Positions 58,791-64,000 of a stretch of DNA of 64,000 bases are shown here, in pieces. The translations under genes were made by a program, and so were the position numbers. The notes below the pieces were generated by a model. The model saw only the letters and a program-made list of their open reading frames with translations. It did not search any database and was not told the origin of the DNA. This stretch comes from a virus: IMG/VR virus record IMGVR_UViG_3300014914_000004, positions 14,678 through 78,677 of that record; one strand, 5' to 3'. Position 1 is the stretch's first letter, and each line of letters begins with the position of its first letter.

Positions 58791-61700
58791 TCAATTACCT
58801 ATATCTATAAACTCACTTCGGATATCCTGCTCCAGGTGCTCGTCGGCATCTCCCTGGATATACTCTGGATTATCGTTCAGATAGTTCTCTACGGAAGTAA
58901 GTTCTCCGTAGCTTGGACCTACTTCTACATCCCACTCAAACGGTACGGGCATCCAAGGGAAACGTTCCGCTACCTGCTTTACCCCGTAATCCTGTACGAA
59001 GTCAGGCATCTGAGATACGTATTCCTTAGGAAGCTCGAACACGACAGAGTCATGCACTGTGATTAGCATCCTGCCTCTGAAGTCCCGTCTGAGAGGCTCT
59101 TCCATCTTACACATCACATTGAGTACCATGTCAGATGAAGTGCTTTGGATTTTGAAGTTGACTGCTTGGCGGTTAGCTTTGCTGCGCATGGAGTACGTAA
59201 GTCTTTTCAGGTCAAAGCGTCGTCTGCGACCGAAGAAGGTCTCTACCATTCCGAGAAGCTTGACCTGCTCTTCTGTCCGCCTGATGTACTTCTCTATTGT
59301 CGGGAACATACTGAACAATGCGCGGATAATAACCTCTGCCTGTGCAGGAGGAATGCCTACGATCTGTGAGATCTTCCTACGTGAAGCTCCATATAGAATG
59401 CCGAAGACCACACGCTTGATAGTTTTTCGCAGAGAATTTAGGCGTGAGCCGTAGGCCGTATCTGTGCCTGAGAAATTGTCTCTGTTCTGGAAGTCCGCGT
59501 AGCTCCAGCTATGAATATCATCAATGCCTACAGTCGCAAGTGTTTCATGTTTCAGATCAGAAGGTATCCCTTTTAGAATTACGTCAGGGCTGTAGACCAT
59601 TGAGGCAAAGAAGCTATGTGGATCCATTCCATCGTTGAGGGCTTTGATCAGGTTGGCATCTCCGCTGTAAGCGGCGTATACCCGTACCTCTGCAGCCTTA
59701 GCGTCTGCGTTTCCTATTACCTCCTTGTCTGGGTGCGTAGGGATAAATATTTGTTTGAGGTTGTGATTCCGTATCCTGTGCGGAACATTTTGCATGTTCT
59801 CGTCGGACGATGAGTTATGGTTGACATACCCCTGGGCGACAAAAGAGTGGTCTTCTTCTACCTCGATGTCCCAAACCTCTTTTACACCTATGGGGCTGAT
59901 GTCTACGATTGGGCTAGAGCAGAACGGATTTTTTCGACCACTTTTTATGGATGTAACCTGTGCTCCGATAGTGAGATCAGAAAGATGCTGTACTCCTGAG
60001 GGAGTAAAGAACCGATGTCCTTTCGTGACGTCAATTTGTTCTCCACTCTCAAGTACAACGCGGTACATCTGCTCTTTTCCCTTGTAGAATACATTCAGTA
60101 TTCTCCGCAGACGATTCTTGTGTGTCAGTATCTGTGCATTTGGAAAGCTAACTAAGTCGAGTTTTGAGATTCTAAACGTTCCTGAGGTAGTTTCCAGAAG
60201 AGTGTCCCCTGAAACACACAAACGTCCCGTCGAAGCGCCTGCGATATGGAAAGAGGTGTGCATACGTCCGTCTTCTGCACTTAGGGCGTGGATGTTAGCC
60301 ACGAAAGTATTGCGCGCTTTACTCGTAGCGCGGAAGGAGAGAATAGCAGCTGCAAAAGGACACTCGTGCTGCACAAGGATGCTACGCAAGAATGCCTGGT
60401 TAGTAGATACCAGGCCTGTGGCAGTCGTAGGAGGGTCTATGATTCCCTTATAACAAATAGTCTCCTTAGTTTTGGGGTGAAGGTAGCCTGTACCGAAAAG
60501 TACCTTACGGATATTTGGAGCACTCCCAGGATTGAAAGGCTCCCCGTTGAAAGTGATCCCAGGAGGAATCATCTGGTTGAGTTCCTGTCGGGACTCCCGT
60601 AAGGATTGATCCATATCTATAAGCAAATCATCTACGTACTCCCGATTCACACGCATACCAATTGACTCCATTTGCGCCAATGTCTTGGTCGCTGGAATAC
60701 AGTGGTGCTGCATCAGGTGTTCTAGAGGAGCGCTTTCAGTTGTGCCCGGCTGGCCAATAGCTCGGAAGTAGGCGTTCGGCATTCGCAGATATTCATTACG
60801 CCTTTTTACTATGTGTTTCTGCTCAATAAGCATGCGCTTACGCTGCATTCCCGCTAACTGACGTGTCACGTCTGCATCTATTGCGCCGTACTCGTTCAGT
60901 TCCTTCAGGGGGATGTGCAGATACCCTATGTCTTGCGCCAGTTTCTTTGCGGCTCCTTTCAATTTGGACTTAGGAACAACAGGAGGCACGTTCTCTTCTT
61001 CTTGTTTCAATTGCAGTACTTGTGTAGGAGCTTCCAGAAGGGTCAGAATGTCGTGCAGCTGATCCTCGTACCCTGCGTACCGTGGGAGCATCAGCTTGGT
61101 AAGATGCTTCAGACTGTAGTATCCCTTCTTGTCTTCTTCCAGGAGATGTTCTCCCAGCATGGTGTCCCAACGTGCCTGTCTAACCTTGAACCCTTTTCGC
61201 TCAAGTACTTTGATGTCGAATTTGAAGTTGTGTCCTACTTTAGGCTTATTGCAAGTTAGTATCTTCCAGATTGATTGGCGTACTTCCCCAGGGTCCCAAG
61301 GTGTATCAGGGTGTTCGAATGGAATAGAGCACGCTTTACCTTTATCCCATGCGGCCACTACACTAAGCATTTTCAGCTTAGGCCTATGGGGAAAAAGCGT
61401 ATTCGTTTCCGTATCGATAGACAGCATCGCCCCTGCAGGGTCTTCTCCTGGACGTGCATAGTTAATGATGTGTAGCGCGAGGTCTTCTACTTCAGCAGGG
61501 GTCCGAGGAAACTCATACTCTTCAGTGAGCTGCGGCATGCTTACCTCAGTAGCCACCGTATGCCCGTTCTTGTTGCCTACAGCACCATCCAGAAAATTAC
61601 CGAGGTGCCTCTTTGTCACGTCAACGTACCCTGCTTTTGAGGCCAGTTGCCGCTTAGAGAGTGAGGGGTATACGAGTACTCTGCGTCCTTGTATTGTAAC

Positions 61701-62213
61701 CTCAAGAAACTTTCCCTGGATGTCATTGTATTTACCGTACTTAACTCCCAACGATTTGAGCACTGCCGGGCCTAAAGCAAAGACCATAATAGGCCGGTGC
61801 TCTACGGCGTATTCCGTAAGCTCAGTATGGAAGAGTGTAGAACAGCAGTCGATTATTTTCTTCTTGGGCTTATCTTCTATGCACCTTACGGCGTAAGTGT
61901 ATCTCCCTTCGAGTTCAGCGTGATCTCCGCGCATTCTCTTTTTGTAGTCGGACACTAGATTAAGTACCAGCTTCTCCGTATCCAGGTTCCATCCGGAATG
62001 GTTATCCATGCTTCCGGATGGTCCCAGGATGTGCGGAGATTCTGCTACGACAAAGAAGTCTGCGGAGTGTAGGTCGGCACCAATTCCTCGGGTATAGTGT
62101 CGCTTTCTACTTAGAGGGCAACTCGCACAGCGCGAGCCGTTCCATGCGTCTTCAGCGCAAAGCCCACATTCAATGTCCGGCTCACCATTTGAAATTGTTT
62201 GTGAGGTCGTCAT
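58791..62213 (-). CDS. polA: Family A DNA polymerase with N-terminal UDG-like domain, 3'-5' exonuclease and intein
   Basis: IDTET, GHNFKFD, YGAID exonuclease motifs; TGRL|SS, DAKAAEVR, KRVVFGILYG, NFKIQS and VHDS polymerase motifs. Confidence 0.95.
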   Translation of the reverse strand: MTTSQTISNGEPDIECGLCAEDAWNGSRCASCPLSRKRHYTRGIGADLHSADFFVVAESPHILGPSGSMDNHSGWNLDTEKLVLNLVSDYKKRMRGDHAELEGRYTYAVRCIEDKPKKKIIDCCSTLFHTELTEYAVEHRPIMVFALGPAVLKSLGVKYGKYNDIQGKFLEVTIQGRRVLVYPSLSKRQLASKAGYVDVTKRHLGNFLDGAVGNKNGHTVATEVSMPQLTEEYEFPRTPAEVEDLALHIINYARPGEDPAGAMLSIDTETNTLFPHRPKLKMLSVVAAWDKGKACSIPFEHPDTPWDPGEVRQSIWKILTCNKPKVGHNFKFDIKVLERKGFKVRQARWDTMLGEHLLEEDKKGYYSLKHLTKLMLPRYAGYEDQLHDILTLLEAPTQVLQLKQEEENVPPVVPKSKLKGAAKKLAQDIGYLHIPLKELNEYGAIDADVTRQLAGMQRKRMLIEQKHIVKRRNEYLRMPNAYFRAIGQPGTTESAPLEHLMQHHCIPATKTLAQMESIGMRVNREYVDDLLIDMDQSLRESRQELNQMIPPGITFNGEPFNPGSAPNIRKVLFGTGYLHPKTKETICYKGIIDPPTTATGLVSTNQAFLRSILVQHECPFAAAILSFRATSKARNTFVANIHALSAEDGRMHTSFHIAGASTGRLCVSGDTLLETTSGTFRISKLDLVSFPNAQILTHKNRLRRILNVFYKGKEQMYRVVLESGEQIDVTKGHRFFTPSGVQHLSDLTIGAQVTSIKSGRKNPFCSSPIVDISPIGVKEVWDIEVEEDHSFVAQGYVNHNSSSDENMQNVPHRIRNHNLKQIFIPTHPDKEVIGNADAKAAEVRVYAAYSGDANLIKALNDGMDPHSFFASMVYSPDVILKGIPSDLKHETLATVGIDDIHSWSYADFQNRDNFSGTDTAYGSRLNSLRKTIKRVVFGILYGASRRKISQIVGIPPAQAEVIIRALFSMFPTIEKYIRRTEEQVKLLGMVETFFGRRRRFDLKRLTYSMRSKANRQAVNFKIQSTSSDMVLNVMCKMEEPLRRDFRGRMLITVHDSVVFELPKEYVSQMPDFVQDYGVKQVAERFPWMPVPFEWDVEVGPSYGELTSVENYLNDNPEYIQGDADEHLEQDIRSEFIDIGN
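59814..60218 (-). mobile_element. Mini-intein (135 aa, no homing endonuclease) in the DNA polymerase
   Basis: Starts CVSGDT, block B VTKGHRF, ends VWDIEVEEDHSFVAQGYVNHN followed by Ser; splits TGRL/SSSDENMQN. Confidence 0.95.
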
Positions 62214-64000
62214 CTGTTACTTCCTCCTCCTCTTCCTGTTCCACAGGTGGAGCTTCTTTTTCTTCCTCCTCCTTGGGAAGAGAAGGGGCTATGTGGATTG
62301 AAGGTTGCAACCATCTGTCCGCCTGGAAGACGCTTACGTCTGCCAATTGGATCCCGGCTCCCAAACAAGATTGAGCGCGATTGATTACACCGGACTGTAG
62401 TATTTCATCAGGAGACAACGCATTCTTGTGGCGCTTGAGAATCTCCCGCATTCGCATAGGTGTGATTTTCTGTTCCTTGATAGTCTCTGGGCGAATCAAC
62501 TGAGGGATCGCCTGATCGAGAAGGAACAACAGTAGTTTCTTAGGTGCGTCGTAGTATGCTCCGCAGGCTGAATTGTTAATAGCTTCACGCTTGTCACTCT
62601 GTAATAGCAGCATACTCACGTTTGTTTTCTGGCGCATCTCGTGGTCGTAAATACCAGTACCGCGTAATAGCAGGTTCAGTTTGCTGTCGGATTCAGATAC
62701 AGCCTCTATGTCTGTGAAGGTATGTTCATTGCCGTCCACGTAGGACGCAATAAAAGCTTTCCAATCTATCCCCAGGAATTTCAACATAGCTGCTGCCGCA
62801 AATAAGTTCTCAGCGAATCTAGCTTCTACAGGAACAGGAAGCGCCATTCGAAGCGCAGTGTTGAACTCATACTTGATACTCTCTCTCGCCTTCTTTAGCT
62901 CGTGTGCGTGGGCAAATACGCCCATGTTGAGAACCTTTCGCATCTTACGTATTTTCTCGGCACTGAATTTTTTCAGGATAGAAATCTCAGAAGGATCCCG
63001 TTGCGGTACAGAAACAGTATTAATTGCGAGCCACCGATTTCTATCTTGAGGCCTTTCCGATGTAGAGATTGAAGAGAGAATAATTGCGTGGCGTACGTGC
63101 ACCTGATTGGGCCGTCCTCCCGGAGAACCAGTCAGACGTTCAGCCTCACCATTAACAAAAGCCCTGTAAAAGTCATACAGCTTTTGTATTTCTACATGGT
63201 TACCTCTGTCTAACTCGAATTCATCCAAGACACGAAGTCTACTGTCACCAAACGCTGCCTGAGTTACACCTGCTTCAGTGTACTTCCCAGAATACGCTAC
63301 CGAGTGGTACAGCATCTGGATTTCTTCTTTCTCAGGGGAATGAGCGAGGGTGGCAACGAGGGAGGATTTACCTGAACTTGTCGCACCTAAGATTGTAAAG
63401 AGAGGGGGTCGGGACATTGCATCCATTACGGGCATCATCATCACTGAAGCAGCTAATAACCTACAGGTATTGTCGTGGTCGTGGAATTGGAATCCACACC
63501 TGTAAAATTCAACCAAGTTATTGTAGAGCTCCAGCAGGTCCTCTTTTGATGCTCCTACGAGAGATTCCGCGGTGGGAGTTTCGGGTAGCCAATTCTTCTT
63601 AGCACTCAGAGCTTCCAAGTGTCCGAAGATGATGTCGTTATCTACAGGTGCAGGAAGTTTTACAGGGGTAGACGGAGAAGTCTCTGAGCCTCCCTCAAAA
63701 CGAAAGGTCTCATTGTTCACTACCAGGTATTGAAGTGGGGCATTTCCTTGCACACTTATCCAGTGGAAACCATCTGTACGCCTGTCGGCATACCCGATAT
63801 CTACAGCACCTTGCGCCAGACTACTGATCGCCTCTTTCATAAAGAGACGAAGAGCCAGGGTAGTATTGCGTAGCGCGCCACCTTCCGCGTCGTTCGGGTG
63901 CTCCAGGAAAGAAGGGAAGCCTACGTTATTCTGGATGAACTCCAATAACATTCCCCCGAGAGGTGCGAACTCTCCTGCGATAGCTGTATCACTATCTAGG
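62182..64000 (-). CDS. Primase/helicase-like P-loop NTPase, C-terminal part; truncated by the window edge
   Basis: Frame is open to the window end; GATSSGKSS, VLDEFE, DRNR; directly upstream of the polymerase. Confidence 0.6.
   Translation of the reverse strand, partial: LDSDTAIAGEFAPLGGMLLEFIQNNVGFPSFLEHPNDAEGGALRNTTLALRLFMKEAISSLAQGAVDIGYADRRTDGFHWISVQGNAPLQYLVVNNETFRFEGGSETSPSTPVKLPAPVDNDIIFGHLEALSAKKNWLPETPTAESLVGASKEDLLELYNNLVEFYRCGFQFHDHDNTCRLLAASVMMMPVMDAMSRPPLFTILGATSSGKSSLVATLAHSPEKEEIQMLYHSVAYSGKYTEAGVTQAAFGDSRLRVLDEFELDRGNHVEIQKLYDFYRAFVNGEAERLTGSPGGRPNQVHVRHAIILSSISTSERPQDRNRWLAINTVSVPQRDPSEISILKKFSAEKIRKMRKVLNMGVFAHAHELKKARESIKYEFNTALRMALPVPVEARFAENLFAAAAMLKFLGIDWKAFIASYVDGNEHTFTDIEAVSESDSKLNLLLRGTGIYDHEMRQKTNVSMLLLQSDKREAINNSACGAYYDAPKKLLLFLLDQAIPQLIRPETIKEQKITPMRMREILKRHKNALSPDEILQSGVINRAQSCLGAGIQLADVSVFQADRWLQPSIHIAPSLPKEEEEKEAPPVEQEEEEEVTDDDLTNNFKW

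Noticed and set aside
1-64000. CRISPR array, tRNA/rRNA genes, transposases, stop-codon reassignment
   Set aside because: No spaced repeats or such genes seen by eye; standard-code ORFs tile the window and end in TAA, TAG and TGA.

Overview
This window is a gene-dense piece of a large tailed dsDNA phage genome, probably myovirus-type (J-like and gp25-like baseplate genes). The + strand carries virion and late genes: a tail chaperone pair with a likely -1 frameshift, tape measure, fibres, baseplate hub with an SLT domain, amidase, a sigma factor, GpA-like terminase and putative head proteins. The - strand carries replication and nucleotide genes: UDG-fused family A DNA polymerase with a mini-intein, a partial primase/helicase, class II RNR, RuvC, DinG, dNMP kinase, and MoxR AAA plus vWA-metallopeptidase. 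The two sets are interleaved in small blocks. No capsid, portal, sheath, tRNA or CRISPR array was recognised. The best candidate for a new system is a retron-type reverse transcriptase (50692-51831) with no adjacent ncRNA. Two distant intergenic elements (7698-7820 and 58657-58770, both - strand) share an exact retron msr-msd-like architecture but almost no primary sequence: terminal inverted repeat, unpaired G, 16-nt stem-loop with a CCU(G/C) loop, 5-bp stem with a GUAAC loop, a variable hairpin region, AG, and the closing repeat. This suggests one RT serving several dispersed templates in trans. All assignments come from reading motifs by eye; no searches were run.
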